Positions 63,327-64,000 of a stretch of DNA of 64,000 nt are shown here, one piece after another. How positions within the stretch are numbered: position 1 is the stretch's first letter; each line of letters opens with the position of its first letter. The stretch covers positions 186,001 to 250,000 of the forward strand of contig NIVC01000728.1 in NCBI GenBank assembly GCA_002269645.1. The letters are read 5' to 3'. A model generated the notes under the pieces. It made no database searches and was not told where the DNA came from. It worked only from the letters and a program-made list of their open reading frames with translations. Both the position numbers and the translations under genes were made by a program. Source of the DNA: Macrostomum lignano (taxonomy: Eukaryota).

Positions 63327-64000
63327 TAAACAGCTACATGTATTTGTGTGTTTTGTGTTAAGTGTCTATCATAGGGTCAATATTTTAAGTCAATTAGTCA
63401 ATTTGTCTTTTTTAGTTTTATAAAATCCTTTTGTGTAGATTTCTTTGCATGTCTTTGGTGACTGTCTTAAAGTTTTATAATGAATGACCTTCCTGATTTA
63501 TAGATACATCTCTATAATTATAAATGATTTATTACAAATTTATGTACCACCTATATATTTATATATCTATATACCTCAATACAAAAACTAAAATAACTTA
63601 TATATATATATACAAAGCTTTTTATCTAGGCCTATACTTTTAATATTTTCTGCTAGCTAATTGCCAAAGAAAAAAGCTAAGCCAAGATCTAATTAGTTAT
63701 ATACTTTCATTTTGTATTGAAAATCTACTTAATCTAATTGATTTAAACTAGTAATCCTATCCTATAAATATAATATATTGAAGATAACCATTATATAGAA
63801 TATTCTGGCATATAATATATATATGCATAGTAGATTTGTGGATAGGGCTTTGGCATATAGATTAGCATATATAAATATATGACATTGCAATATATTAATA
63901 AAATAATAAGAATTTTTTTTGATTTATAATTTTTTTTAAAAACATTTAAACAATTGTTGAAATAATTTTTTATCAAAAATATAGGCCTTATATATCAAGT

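Overview
Intron-rich animal genomic DNA with no prokaryotic features. GC-rich exons with poly-Q/A/S tracts and a different minisatellite in almost every intron are reminiscent of a free-living flatworm such as Macrostomum; this is inference only. Seven spliced genes could be reconstructed by hand. (1) An 18-exon, ~1,900-2,000 aa PLD1/2-type phospholipase D with both HKD motifs degenerate (- strand). (2) A secreted six-Cys + LamG/ConA-like protein (-). (3) A DAT/NET-type SLC6 monoamine transporter (-). (4) An EF-hand RHBDL3-type rhomboid lacking both catalytic residues (-). (5) BOK (-). (6) A two-pore K+ channel (+). (7) ATAD2 (-). There is also an unexplained spliced ORF just upstream of BOK. 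Mobile DNA comprises a full-length ~5.9 kb LOA-like LINE (APE-RT-RNaseH) inserted inside a tRNA-SINE with nested target-site duplications, several copies of that SINE family, a CORE-SINE family and hAT MITEs. More than 25 tandem repeats explain most ORFs in the supplied track. Most notable are the two intact-ORF pseudoenzymes, a SINE whose 3' region resembles the LINE 3' UTR and whose centre is a covarying hairpin, an operon-like LamG-PLD junction, and minisatellites built from transcription-factor-like motifs. All coordinates were counted by hand and repeat edges are approximate.
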